Shown in pieces: positions 8,804 through 18,314 of a stretch of DNA of 64,000 nt; the stretch's first letter is position 1; each line of letters begins with the position of its first letter. Source of the DNA: an uncultured virus (IMG/VR IMGVR_UViG_3300017747_000864) (Duplodnaviria > Heunggongvirae > Uroviricota > Caudoviricetes); IMG/VR virus record IMGVR_UViG_3300017747_000864; one strand, 5' to 3'. The notes beneath the pieces were generated by a model. That model was not told the DNA's origin. It saw only the letters and a program-made list of their open reading frames with translations, and ran no database searches. Both the position numbers and the translations under genes were made by a program.

Positions 8804-11245
8804 TTAATAATACTCACGTTTTCGATGGTACATAGGCTCATCGTCCTCATCCGACCGTAGACGAATGAACCCACCACGCCTGTAACGCAGCAATGCCTGC
8901 GTCGTAGAGTCCACCAAGTCATCATGCTCACCAGCAGGGAATGCTGCGATCTCTTCGATCAATTCCTCCGCCCAGCGAGTATTAGGCACCCAAACGTGGC
9001 CGCTGGCAAATATGTCCGTAACAGCATTCAACCGAGCAATTTTGTCGTTGCCTTTACTAGGCGTGAACTCCTGCACGGGGATGCCCATGGCACGTAATTC
9101 AAAGATCAAAGGTGAGCCAGCAGCCTTGGCCTCAACGATCAGGCTATCGACCTCCCACTCCTTGAACTCCTGATACGCCCGTTGCTTGAGTTCCGGGAAC
9201 TCCATGCGCTTTTTGAACGCATTGAGCAGAATGATGTTCGACTGCGGCTTGCCCGTATCGTCGTCTTTATAGAACACCCCCCACGTAGTACACGCAGAGT
9301 AGTCAGCACGCTCGCTCTTCAGGAACGCCGTATCCCAAGACTGGATAATGAACTCGCAGTGGGGAGGGCTGTCTTCCTCCCAAATATGCCACCATTCCCG
9401 TTTGATGATGGCCGAGGCGTCTGAAGTTGGCTGCTGCTGATACTGGGCTTGCCACTTACTATTAGGTAGTTCTTCGCGCAGTGCCTCTAGTTCTTTCAAA
9501 CTCCAGAACTCAGGCCACAAGGGCTGGCCGCTGGGCATAATCGCGGGAAACTCAATCACCTCCCACTCTTCACCGCCCCGCTGAGCGCTGGATTTGAGCA
9601 CTTGCCCAGTCAGATCCTTTTGAGACCAGCGCGTGTTGTGGCTGATTACACCATTGGCGATAAAGTTCTCGGTACGCTCGATCTGAACATCGAAGACTTC
9701 TTCCTCGCCGTCCGGGATAATCTCAACTATCTGGTCGGTTGTTACGGCGTAGGTATTCAGCAGCTCGCCGCAGGATTTCTGGGGTCTTACCGTACCCAAC
9801 TGCGAGGTTGCAGTCGTTGCAGAGCAGCCCCCTGACGACGCCTGTGTCGTGGCAGTGGTCGATACAGAGCTTACCGTTCCAGTGGGCGCGGGTATTGGTG
9901 TCAGACGGCGGCTCACCGCAGACATCGCAGCGGTTACCACGCTCTTCAACCATACGGTTAAAGGTTTCCTCTGTGATCCCGTACTTACTTTTGATCCGTT
10001 TTGCCCGCCGAGACTCTGGAGTATAGTTTTTTCCCCGGTAGCCTTCGGACCAGCGCCACTTGTTGTAGTGCGACTGACAAAACCCGTTGATCTTTGCTGG
10101 CTCTGAACAGTTTTCTTCGGCGCAACTTCTGCCTTTCCACTTCCCGTGGTCGCCGAGAGGTTTGTAAGGCGCGTCCGGGTTCTTTCGGTGGTAAGCGGCT
10201 CGGGCTTGGCAGGGATGACAAAGTCCCGGTTTGTTTTGCGATCTTGCTGGGCGCTTGCATCCTTCGTTACTACAAGCGACATACCCGGCTTCAGGTCTTG
10301 CAATCTGGTCCATTTACGTTCTCCGTTGACATCGACGAGGAACGGATGCCTCGCGTTTGCCCGGACAAGTATGCCAGATTGTGTTCGTACTGTATATACT
10401 GAATCAACACCGTTTGACCGATGGTTAAGCACCTTTGCAGTCGTGATCTTGCCGTCCTCGTAGGTGGCTACATCATCACCCGGACGAATTTTCCTTAGCT
10501 CATTCGTAGACCCGTCAGCCATCAGTACGGGGGTATCCCCCGTCATGCACATAACCACAACAATTGCCCCACCCGGCTGCAAACGCTGCCGAGGACCAGA
10601 GGTGTACCACTCGTAGGTCTTGTCGTAGATCTCTGGGTTTACTTGAGCAAGAGCAGCCTCCTGCTCTGAGTGCGGGTCGTCAATAATTAGCAGGTCGGCA
10701 CCCTTACCGGTCACTGCACCCCCAACACCGATAGCAAAGTAGTCACCAGACTTGCTGGTATTCCACCTACCAGCCGCTTTTGAGTCAGCTTGGAGCGAAA
10801 GTTCGGGGAAAATGTCGTGATAAACCTCAGAATCGACCAGATTTCGCACTTTTCGACCAAAACCCACCGCCAATTCAGCAGTATGGGAGGTTTGGATCAC
10901 TTTTTTGTGCGGAAACTGCCCCAAAAACCACGCCGGGAGCAGATAAGAGGCAAATTCTGACTTGGTATGCCGTGGCGGCATGTTGATAATCAGCCGCTTG
11001 CACTCTCCACGGGCTACACGCTCGAAAGCAGTAGCCATAATCTTATGGTGCCTGCCAGAAATGAAGGTAGGCCAGACCTTTTCCACGAACTTAATGAACT
11101 TGGAGCGGGCCAACTCCTTCTGTTTGAGCTTTTCCAAGTGCAAAAGCTGGGCTTCCAGCACACGGAGGTCTGCCTCCGACAGCCTATCAAGCACTTTGGG
11201 GATGTCTTTAAGGGTAATCCCCGAGATTACCGGCTCTTCAAGCAC
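8804..11245 (-). CDS. terL: Terminase large subunit with an intein (about 508 aa after splicing)
   Basis: Walker A-like MPPRHTKS, Walker B LLIIDDP, RNase H nuclease SWDTA and HDDLVD; intein at residues 233-537. Confidence 0.95.
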   Translation of the reverse strand: MLEEPVISGITLKDIPKVLDRLSEADLRVLEAQLLHLEKLKQKELARSKFIKFVEKVWPTFISGRHHKIMATAFERVARGECKRLIINMPPRHTKSEFASYLLPAWFLGQFPHKKVIQTSHTAELAVGFGRKVRNLVDSEVYHDIFPELSLQADSKAAGRWNTSKSGDYFAIGVGGAVTGKGADLLIIDDPHSEQEAALAQVNPEIYDKTYEWYTSGPRQRLQPGGAIVVVMCMTGDTPVLMADGSTNELRKIRPGDDVATYEDGKITTAKVLNHRSNGVDSVYTVRTQSGILVRANARHPFLVDVNGERKWTRLQDLKPGMSLVVTKDASAQQDRKTNRDFVIPAKPEPLTTERTRTRLTNLSATTGSGKAEVAPKKTVQSQQRSTGFVSRTTTSGAGPKATGEKTILQSLGGQNGSKVSTGSQRKPLTVWLKSVVTAAMSAVSRRLTPIPAPTGTVSSVSTTATTQASSGGCSATTATSQLGTVRPQKSCGELLNTYAVTTDQIVEIIPDGEEEVFDVQIERTENFIANGVISHNTRWSQKDLTGQVLKSSAQRGGEEWEVIEFPAIMPSGQPLWPEFWSLKELEALREELPNSKWQAQYQQQPTSDASAIIKREWWHIWEEDSPPHCEFIIQSWDTAFLKSERADYSACTTWGVFYKDDDTGKPQSNIILLNAFKKRMEFPELKQRAYQEFKEWEVDSLIVEAKAAGSPLIFELRAMGIPVQEFTPSKGNDKIARLNAVTDIFASGHVWVPNTRWAEELIEEIAAFPAGEHDDLVDSTTQALLRYRRGGFIRLRSDEDDEPMYHRKREYY
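9635..10549 (-). mobile_element. Intein (305 aa) in TerL
   Basis: Starts CMTGDTPVLMADG (block A), ANARHPF (block B His), VFDVQIERTENFIANGVISHN (blocks F/G), +1 residue Thr; excision restores IVVVM|TRW. Confidence 0.93.
9723..10313 (-). CDS. Endonuclease VII-type homing endonuclease, nested out of frame in the intein
   Basis: YGIT...CDVC...LCIDHCHDTGVVRGLLCNDCNLAVG; GGAG RBS 7 nt before ATG; frame differs from TerL. Confidence 0.88.
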   Translation of the reverse strand: MDQIARPEAGYVACSNEGCKRPARSQNKPGLCHPCQARAAYHRKNPDAPYKPLGDHGKWKGRSCAEENCSEPAKINGFCQSHYNKWRWSEGYRGKNYTPESRRAKRIKSKYGITEETFNRMVEERGNRCDVCGEPPSDTNTRAHWNGKLCIDHCHDTGVVRGLLCNDCNLAVGYGKTPEILRRAAEYLRRNNRPDS

Positions 11246-11807
11246 CCGTTTCCTCCGCAGGGGGCTCCGCAGGGGCTTCTAGCTCACTAATAAGTGGCTC
11301 TACATCGACTACATCGGTATTGAGCAGGCGCTTGATGCGGTCTTTAATGCTGTTTTCCAGATCTTCGGACGACTTGTGAGTGACGGTCACTTCACTGCGC
11401 TCAGTAAACAGCCCGATATCACTGTGCTTACCAAGCAACTCAAGCGCTTTCAGTTCAAGTTTGGGGTCACCGCAGTCGCTCAGTTTCAGCAACTTATTAG
11501 TGACGTAGTTGCGTGCCTGCTGCACATCAACAAAAGCCTGAAAGTCAAACTGCTTAATCAGTATCGACACAGCTTTGGCTTCGCTAGGCACTGTGAGATG
11601 CCTAGGGTTATCCGTCTTGCCGACCCCGTTAATCAAAGCCGACGCTTTGTGCAGGTCTTCATTGCTGTAGTCGATTGACCCGCCGAGTTCTTCGATCAGA
11701 TCGACTGTGTTCGCCGCAATTGCCAGCCCGTCTTTATGAGTCTTAGGCAACTCATTAGAAAGATCAAACGGTAGGGGGCGGTCAGGCGTAGGAGTGACTT
11801 CAATCAT
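11238..11807 (-). CDS. Putative terminase small subunit
   Basis: 189 aa helical protein immediately upstream of and overlapping terL; LKALELLGK motif. Confidence 0.6.
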   Translation of the reverse strand: MIEVTPTPDRPLPFDLSNELPKTHKDGLAIAANTVDLIEELGGSIDYSNEDLHKASALINGVGKTDNPRHLTVPSEAKAVSILIKQFDFQAFVDVQQARNYVTNKLLKLSDCGDPKLELKALELLGKHSDIGLFTERSEVTVTHKSSEDLENSIKDRIKRLLNTDVVDVEPLISELEAPAEPPAEETGA

Positions 11808-11987
11808 TGGGGGTCTGTATCCAATGAAAAAATTAGTATCCCGAATGTAGCACAGGAGGTTGGGACTCCAATAGGGGGGTGTTTGCCAAAATACAAATAC
11901 ACAACCCTAGGGAAAAACAGAAGGGGGGTACCCCCACCCTTCAACTGCTACGCAGACCACAACCGAAACCTTCAGCGTGCTGAAAGT

Positions 11988-12111
11988 ATTGCATACCACA
12001 GGAAACTAAGCAACTCTAGGCAGTGGAATTGCATACCACAGGAAACTAAACAACTCTAGGTGATGGAATTGTGTACTACTAAAAACTAAGCAACTCTAGG
12101 CGGTGGGATTG
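11988..12111. repeat. Three tandem 40-bp repeats
   Basis: ATTGCATACCACAGGAAACTAAGCAACTCTAGGCAGTGGA unit at 11988 and 12028, diverged copy at 12068. Confidence 0.9.
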
Positions 12112-12339
12112 GTTGCGCAAATTAGTGTGTAAGCTGGCTTGAGCCTCCTGTGATGCCGTTTTTGGGGGGTGGGGTCGCTGGCTGGCAAGGGCTAATAATT
12201 GTTAGGGGATGCCCCATGCTGCCCCTATTTTAATACCTATTTATCGTTCCGAAACCGTGGTACGATATAGTACATTTCATCCATCGACAGCGCAGTGCTG
12301 TTGGTCGGCTCCCTACCCGCATGTAGGTTGGAGTGTGTC

Positions 12340-12876
<537 letters not shown>

Positions 12877-13176
12877 GTAAACCCTGCGGCCCCTAACAAT
12901 TGTTAGGGGCTGCGCTAAACAAGGAGAGAGTCATGTTCGATACCGTTACCGCAGTGCCTGCATATGGGCGCGACTATCGCAGTGCTGAGGCCGTTCGCAC
13001 CGACTGGCGTGCGGGCAAGGACTTCAAGTGTGCCCTGACCGGCCAGTACCTGTCGGAGCGTGACATGGGCGGGCGTGAAGTCTGGGTTCGCTACGCTAAG
13101 TTGACTAAGACGGTCAAGGTTCAGTAAACCCTGCGGCCCCTAACAGTGTTAGGGGCTGCGCTAAACAAGGAGAGAG
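12877..13176 (+). repeat. ~54-bp direct repeat (12877-12930 and 13124-13176) containing palindrome and RBS
   Basis: GTAAACCCTGCGGCCCCTAACA(AT/G)TGTTAGGGGCTGCGCTAAACAAGGAGAGAG twice. Confidence 0.92.
12933..13127 (+). CDS. Small early protein
   Basis: MFDTVTAVPAYGRDY...GKDF; AAGGAG RBS. Confidence 0.8.
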   Translation: MFDTVTAVPAYGRDYRSAEAVRTDWRAGKDFKCALTGQYLSERDMGGREVWVRYAKLTKTVKVQ

Positions 13177-13183
13177 AGAGAAA

Positions 13184-13348
13184 ATGACCATCATCCTGCG
13201 CGACAACGGCATTGACCGCACCTATAAGTGCGAAAACCAGTGGGACGCAATCGTCCTGTTCGATGCACTTATCCGCCAGCACTGCCAAGTTGAAATGTGG
13301 GACGGTGCAACGCTTGTCCAAAAATACGATTCGAGATTCACTATCTGA
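13184..13348 (+). CDS. Small early protein (54 aa, not in ORF track)
   Basis: MTIILRDNGIDRTYKCENQW...; RBS within the direct repeat; terminator follows. Confidence 0.7.
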   Translation: MTIILRDNGIDRTYKCENQWDAIVLFDALIRQHCQVEMWDGATLVQKYDSRFTI

Positions 13349-13368
13349 CCCACCCCCCACCCCACGAC

Positions 13369-13393
13369 AACCCCGCTTCGGCGGGGTTTTTTG
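13369..13393 (+). terminator. Rho-independent terminator
   Basis: AACCCCGC-TTCG-GCGGGGTT followed by T run. Confidence 0.85.
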
Positions 13394-13658
13394 TTGCCCT
13401 AACAATGTTAGGCATGACCCGCTCGGCTCGTGCCTGATGCACCAGTTCCCGGAGTAGCGGTAGCCAAAGCAAGTGGCGGCTGGCAGTAGCGGTAGCCAAA
13501 GCATGTGGCGGCTGGCGGTGTGGTAGCCCAAGCCCTAACAATGTTACCTATATGTAGAGCAGTGCTAACCGATATGCTGGGCCCAGCATATCGTTTTTGA
13601 GGCGCGGTGTCAACCCCAATAGGTGATGCACCAGTTCCCGGAGCGGCGGTAGCCAAAG

Positions 13659-13836
13659 ACCCTACTGCTGACCCCACTTAAAATTCGGCGTAACATTATA
13701 ACATAATGGTACAGAATAATAACCCTACTGCTGACCCCACTAAGAATTGCTCGTAACATTATAACAAAAGGTACGAAATAATAACCCTACTGCTGACCCC
13801 ACTTAAAATTCGGCGTAACATTATAACAAAAGGTAC
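13659..13836. repeat. Three tandem 62-63 bp repeats in an AT-rich non-coding region (candidate origin)
   Basis: ACCCTACTGCTGACCCCACT...CGTAACATTATAACA...GGTAC at 13659, 13722, 13784. Confidence 0.88.
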
Positions 13837-14219
13837 AATTTACCCCTAACAATGTTATGTTGTTACATTCCCCATTTTGGTGCGTAACGCTGTAAGTCAT
13901 TGATTAAAAAGGAATGTTCGGAATGTTATAATGTTACGAGCAAAAACGAATAGGTACGCAACGGAGAGCCCCCTTTCAGCATGAGCATCCCCTTCTCTAC
14001 TCCCCGCTCAGCACACGAGGATATACCTTTTTGCTCGTAACATTATAACATTATAACTTTTTAAAAATTTCCTTTTGATTTTCAAAGACTTGCAGCGCCC
14101 AAAGCGCGTTACGGGTGATACTCGGGGTCGTAACAATCGTAACATAAGGTACAATTTGCATTATAACTTTTAAAAATGGTTTTTAGCCCCTGCCGATCCA
14201 CTCGGCCAGTCAGATAGGC

Positions 14220-14248
14220 TTGACATTGCTACTTATTTGTGTTATACT
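14220..14248 (+). promoter_or_regulatory. Sigma70-type early promoter
   Basis: TTGACA-17 nt-TATACT. Confidence 0.8.
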
Positions 14249-14303
14249 ATAGTATAATCAAAGAGCGCCCGTAGTTCCCACAACCAACCGAGAGAGCCTA
14301 ACA

Positions 14304-14501
14304 ATGTTACCCACCTGCACAACGTGCGGCGACGATATAGAACCACCTGCCCGCGCACTCATAACAAACACCTGCAAGCACTGCGGTGAGCAAGCCGCAA
14401 GAAAAACTAGACGGACGGTCGTACCTATGTCAAAATCTAACTACATCCTAGTAACCGACCTGTCTCTCTTAAAAGGGCTAAACAAGTATGCGAACTCGTA
14501 A
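14304..14501 (+). CDS. C4 zinc-finger protein (possibly DksA/TraR-like)
   Basis: CTTC...R...TCKHC; ATG lies inside a palindrome copy. Confidence 0.6.
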   Translation: MLPTCTTCGDDIEPPARALITNTCKHCGEQAARKTRRTVVPMSKSNYILVTDLSLLKGLNKYANS

Positions 14502-14925
14502 CACTCCACACACTATGGAATCTCTGTTGGCGCTAACCGTACCGCACGGGGGCTGTCTAATTTGGCAGGGGGTATCTCGCGTGCTCAATGGGTACGGAGT
14601 GACTATGTACATGGGCAAGCAAACCACTACCCATCGGGTCATGTTCCAACTCTACACGGGGCAACCCATACCACCGGGCATGGAGATTGACCACACATGC
14701 AATAACCGACTGTGCATAAACCCCTTGCACCTACAGATGGTTACGCATTCCGAGAACATGCGCCTTGCGCTAGAGCGCCGCACCCACTGCCGTGCTGGTC
14801 ACGAATGGAACGACGCTAATACTTACTTAGCCGTAGTAAAGCGAAAGCAAGGAGGCACCCGAGAGCAGAGGTACTGCCGACCTTGCCGAGCCATCGCCCA
14901 AAGACGGTTGCGGACTTCCCCCTAA
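14488..14925 (+). CDS. HNH homing endonuclease (HNH_3 type with C-terminal Zn finger)
   Basis: CLIWQG...GYG...HRV...IDHTCNNRLCINPLHL...HSEN; THCRAGH...CRPC. Confidence 0.88.
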   Translation: MRTRNTPHTMESLLALTVPHGGCLIWQGVSRVLNGYGVTMYMGKQTTTHRVMFQLYTGQPIPPGMEIDHTCNNRLCINPLHLQMVTHSENMRLALERRTHCRAGHEWNDANTYLAVVKRKQGGTREQRYCRPCRAIAQRRLRTSP

Positions 14926-14943
14926 CAATATTAGGAACCAAGC

Positions 14944-15147
14944 ATGACCACCATCAACTCATCCGCTGCCGACAACGACCTCGACCACCTGACCGAGGCA
15001 GAACTAACTACACTGCGCTCCCTGCGCGACCGAGGCTGGGCTGTTTGTCTCTTTGCACCCTTTGAAGTAAACGGAGCCAACCCCGAGCGCGTGAGCGACG
15101 CCATGGCCGAAGCAGGCTGGCGACAAATCGAAGCGGCAGGGCGGTGA
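14944..15147 (+). CDS. Hypothetical protein
   Basis: 67 aa, AGGA RBS. Confidence 0.65.
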   Translation: MTTINSSAADNDLDHLTEAELTTLRSLRDRGWAVCLFAPFEVNGANPERVSDAMAEAGWRQIEAAGR

Positions 15148-15202
15148 CCCTGCCTGCGCAAATCGACTGGGAACTCACTCACGGATTGAAAGGAGTCTGA
15201 AC

Positions 15203-15343
15203 ATGGAACTAACAATATTAGGGGGGCTGCTGATTCTGCTGGGCGTGTTCGCCTATGCGCTGATCGTTGCCCTTACTGCCCTATTCCTAACCATGACCGA
15301 AGAACCGCCTTCTGCCGAACCGCCCCCAAAGGACGACCGATGA
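15203..15343 (+). CDS. Small single-pass membrane protein (46 aa, not in ORF track)
   Basis: AAGGAG RBS; MELTILGGLLILLGVFAYALIVALTALFLTMTEEPP...; ATGA overlap with next gene. Confidence 0.7.
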   Translation: MELTILGGLLILLGVFAYALIVALTALFLTMTEEPPSAEPPPKDDR

Positions 15344-15549
15344 GACACCCAAAGCCTAACGAACGGAGTGAGCCATGGATCGCACCACAGAACAATCCGA
15401 CCGCAGGGACAACCATCTACAAACCCTGCGCCAACCGCTGCACCCGCTGTGCTGCATGTAAGAGTTTCTCCGCTATCCTCAAGGAGATCGACCTGACCAA
15501 GACCAGCCCATCCGACCGACACAGACGAAATATCATCCGCCCCGACTAA
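15340..15549 (+). CDS. Small Cys-rich hypothetical protein
   Basis: 69 aa with CANRCTRCAAC; stop lies inside a palindrome copy. Confidence 0.55.
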   Translation: MRHPKPNERSEPWIAPQNNPTAGTTIYKPCANRCTRCAACKSFSAILKEIDLTKTSPSDRHRRNIIRPD

Positions 15550-15575
15550 CATTGTTACCCCCAAGGAGAACCCCC

Positions 15576-15818
15576 ATGCGTGACCTGCCCGGATTCGGAG
15601 ACGAAGCCACTTGGCCTGCATACGACGGCCACCCCAATGACCCCCGCCGTGTAGATGACTATGAGGAGTACGACGGAATGACCATTGCCGATGTGATCGA
15701 CTATCTCAAGCAATTCGATAAGGACACTCGCGTGGTGCTGACTACCGACGATATCCCGTCCACCTACCCTGACTACACAACCTACATCTCACTCGACACC
15801 CTGCCACTGGAGAACTGA
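15576..15818 (+). CDS. Acidic hypothetical protein
   Basis: ATG 15576 with AAGGAG RBS. Confidence 0.7.
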   Translation: MRDLPGFGDEATWPAYDGHPNDPRRVDDYEEYDGMTIADVIDYLKQFDKDTRVVLTTDDIPSTYPDYTTYISLDTLPLEN

Positions 15819-15819
15819 C

Positions 15820-16839
15820 ATGACCTTTGCTTCCTATCAACGACTGCCTACTCTGCTGACTTACGCACAGGCACTCAACAAAGCCAAGACCACCGAGCCT
15901 ATCCGTGGGCGCTCGCCTGAACTCATCCCGCTTGGGGCACGCAGGGACTGCGACAAGTTTGCTATCCGGCTGGAGGAGAGCGGGGATGTGTGCGTGCTCC
16001 TGTACAACCACCCATGGCTGAAGTACCTGAAGCCGACTGCCGATCAGCCGGAGCACATCACTCGTATCCAATTACATAACAGCCGTTGGGGATGGGGCGT
16101 GTCTGATGGGTGGACGCTGGACTCACTGTTCCACGGCGTGCTCCATGCTCAAGTCTCGCGCAAGTACATAAAGATCTCCCGTGCTGCTGGGGATCCGTTT
16201 GTCATACCTGTACCTACTGAGGCAACCCCTGTAACGCTTGAGGTGGACGCACAGAAGCGCACTGTCGAGCGCGTGGAGGAGGTGGTTCTGTCCGCTTGGA
16301 GGATCAACCGAGCGGAGGCTAACAATGTTAGGAAGCAATACGGCAAGTTCTATCGGTTCATGAAGGGCATGATCGGTGTACGCAAGCAGGAGTACCGCCC
16401 GTGGAGTCCTCACTACGCTGCTGCCGATCTGGTAGTGGAGTTCAATGCATCCGAGTTTGCCGACGTTGCCGAGGCACACCCGATCCTGTTCAGTACATCT
16501 TGGGGTAACTCACTGGATCAGAAGCCCATGCTCAACTCTGACAAGTACCACGCTTGGGTGGAGAAGATGACGCACTTCATCGCCCTGATTGAGGACAACC
16601 CGGACGAGGCGGTCCAATGGCAGAACTTTGCCCATGCGTTCGCAGTGCTTGGCTATCTGTGCGCGGCGACCAACCGTGTCAGATCATCGGACAAGGTAAA
16701 GATCGAGGACATCCCGAAGAAGGCTGACGAACTGTTGTTCAAGCACTACAGCAACAAGGTATTCCAACGCGCCCCTGTGCCCGAGGGTTCCGTACCTAGA
16801 ACTACCTATGACCTGTGGGTAGACCGTGCAACGATCTGA
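15820..16839 (+). CDS. Hypothetical protein
   Basis: 339 aa ORF with GGAG RBS. Confidence 0.8.
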   Translation: MTFASYQRLPTLLTYAQALNKAKTTEPIRGRSPELIPLGARRDCDKFAIRLEESGDVCVLLYNHPWLKYLKPTADQPEHITRIQLHNSRWGWGVSDGWTLDSLFHGVLHAQVSRKYIKISRAAGDPFVIPVPTEATPVTLEVDAQKRTVERVEEVVLSAWRINRAEANNVRKQYGKFYRFMKGMIGVRKQEYRPWSPHYAAADLVVEFNASEFADVAEAHPILFSTSWGNSLDQKPMLNSDKYHAWVEKMTHFIALIEDNPDEAVQWQNFAHAFAVLGYLCAATNRVRSSDKVKIEDIPKKADELLFKHYSNKVFQRAPVPEGSVPRTTYDLWVDRATI

Positions 16840-16858
16840 CTCGCTCAGTCAGAACGTA

Positions 16859-16887
16859 TTGACATTGCTACTTTTGTGTGGTATAAT
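16859..16887 (+). promoter_or_regulatory. Consensus sigma70 promoter
   Basis: TTGACA-17 nt-TATAAT; first 15 nt identical to the 14220 promoter. Confidence 0.88.
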
Positions 16888-16980
16888 ATATGTATACTGG
16901 GAGAGCGTCCAGTAGCAGTGAGCAGTGAGCAGTAACCCAAACCAGCCTAACAATATTAGGCGCATCTGAGAGAGTGAACC

Positions 16981-18051
16981 ATGAAAGCAAACGAGATTTC
17001 CTTCGGCAAAACCGTCAGCCTCGACGAGGCCGAGTCCCTCATCGTCAATGTCCCCGAGAATCGCTTTCACCTGATGGGCGAGCCGGGTATCGGCAAGAGC
17101 GCAATGCTGCGCCGCATCGCAAGCAAACTGGGCATCGACTATGCCTACATTGATGTACCTAACATGGACTTGGGTGACATCGCCATGCCTGTGGTGGATC
17201 ACGAGACGCGCACTACCCGGTACTACCCTAACTCCAGGTTCAAGTTTCATCTGGGCAAACCCGTTGCCGTCATGCTCGACGAGTTCACCAAGGGTGCTGA
17301 CCCCGTGAAGAACATGCTGCATCCCCTCTTTGAGGTCAATAACCCACGCCTCGGGGATGTGGCTGTGCCTGAGGGCTCGCCTATCTTCAGTACCGGCAAC
17401 ATGAGCAGCGACGGCGTGGGCGACAACATGAAGGCCCACACCAAAAGCCGCCTAACAAAGTTAGTCGTTCGCAAACCTTCGGCTAAGGAGTGGCTCAACT
17501 GGGCTGTGCCTACTGGCATCGCACCCGAGGTGTGTGCTTTCGTTGATCGGTACGAGCATGTCATGGCGTCCTACTTGGACGGTGGCAACGACGACAACCC
17601 GTACATCTACAACCCGCGCAAGGTACAGGACTCTTACATCACTCCCCGTACTCTGGAGTTGGCAAGCAATCTTGTGAACAAGCGGGGCAAGTACACGCCC
17701 GACGCGCTGATTGCGTCCTTGACTGGTGCTATCGGTGAGGCAGGTGCGCGTGATCTGCAAGCGTTCATTGCTTACTCTGACCAACTTCCTACCAAGGCGG
17801 CAATCATTGCCGACCCGAACAACGCTCCGATTCCTCACATGCCCGGAGCATGTGCTGTGCTGGTGTACTCCATGATCGCCGGAGCGGAGCGCGATACCTT
17901 CAGCAAGTTCATGACCTACATCAAGCGGCTCAGTGCCGAGTGGCAGGCCACGTTCGCTATCAACATCGCCAAAGACTCGCGCAAGCAAGCGGTGGCGTTC
18001 AGCAATGCTGACTTCGGCAAGTGGGTCGCCGACAACCAAGACCTTCTGTGA
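16981..18051 (+). CDS. MoxR/dynein-related AAA+ ATPase
   Basis: Walker A GEPGIGKS, Walker B VMLDE, sensor STGN, TPRT motif. Confidence 0.85.
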   Translation: MKANEISFGKTVSLDEAESLIVNVPENRFHLMGEPGIGKSAMLRRIASKLGIDYAYIDVPNMDLGDIAMPVVDHETRTTRYYPNSRFKFHLGKPVAVMLDEFTKGADPVKNMLHPLFEVNNPRLGDVAVPEGSPIFSTGNMSSDGVGDNMKAHTKSRLTKLVVRKPSAKEWLNWAVPTGIAPEVCAFVDRYEHVMASYLDGGNDDNPYIYNPRKVQDSYITPRTLELASNLVNKRGKYTPDALIASLTGAIGEAGARDLQAFIAYSDQLPTKAAIIADPNNAPIPHMPGACAVLVYSMIAGAERDTFSKFMTYIKRLSAEWQATFAINIAKDSRKQAVAFSNADFGKWVADNQDLL

Positions 18052-18060
18052 GGAGTAAGC

Positions 18061-18288
18061 ATGAAGCAACGCCACACCGCATGGGTTACCATCGGCACTA
18101 ACGACGGGCAAGTTCTGCCCACATGGTTCTATGCTTTCCGTAAGTGGGAGAGCGCCAAGGCATTCATGGACGCTGCCAACGACACCGTGTCTTGGGATCT
18201 CTTCCCGTGCGAGTTCATGTCCGTAGAAGAAACGCTGGAGAACTTCAAGCAGTGCATGCAAGAAGGCGACCGCAACATCCCCGTGTAA
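18061..18288 (+). CDS. Hypothetical protein
   Basis: 75 aa, AGGAG RBS. Confidence 0.7.
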   Translation: MKQRHTAWVTIGTNDGQVLPTWFYAFRKWESAKAFMDAANDTVSWDLFPCEFMSVEETLENFKQCMQEGDRNIPV

Positions 18289-18314
18289 CCCAACCAACCG
18301 AGAGAGGACTAACA

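Noticed and set aside
11988..12111. Possible CRISPR array
   Set aside because: Units are contiguous tandem repeats without unique spacers; no cas operon
13212..13457. 81-aa ORF from the track
   Set aside because: Runs through a terminator and lacks an RBS; the 13184-13348 ORF fits better
13659..13836. Possible mini-CRISPR (62-63 bp period)
   Set aside because: The would-be spacers are nearly identical to each other, so this is a tandem repeat
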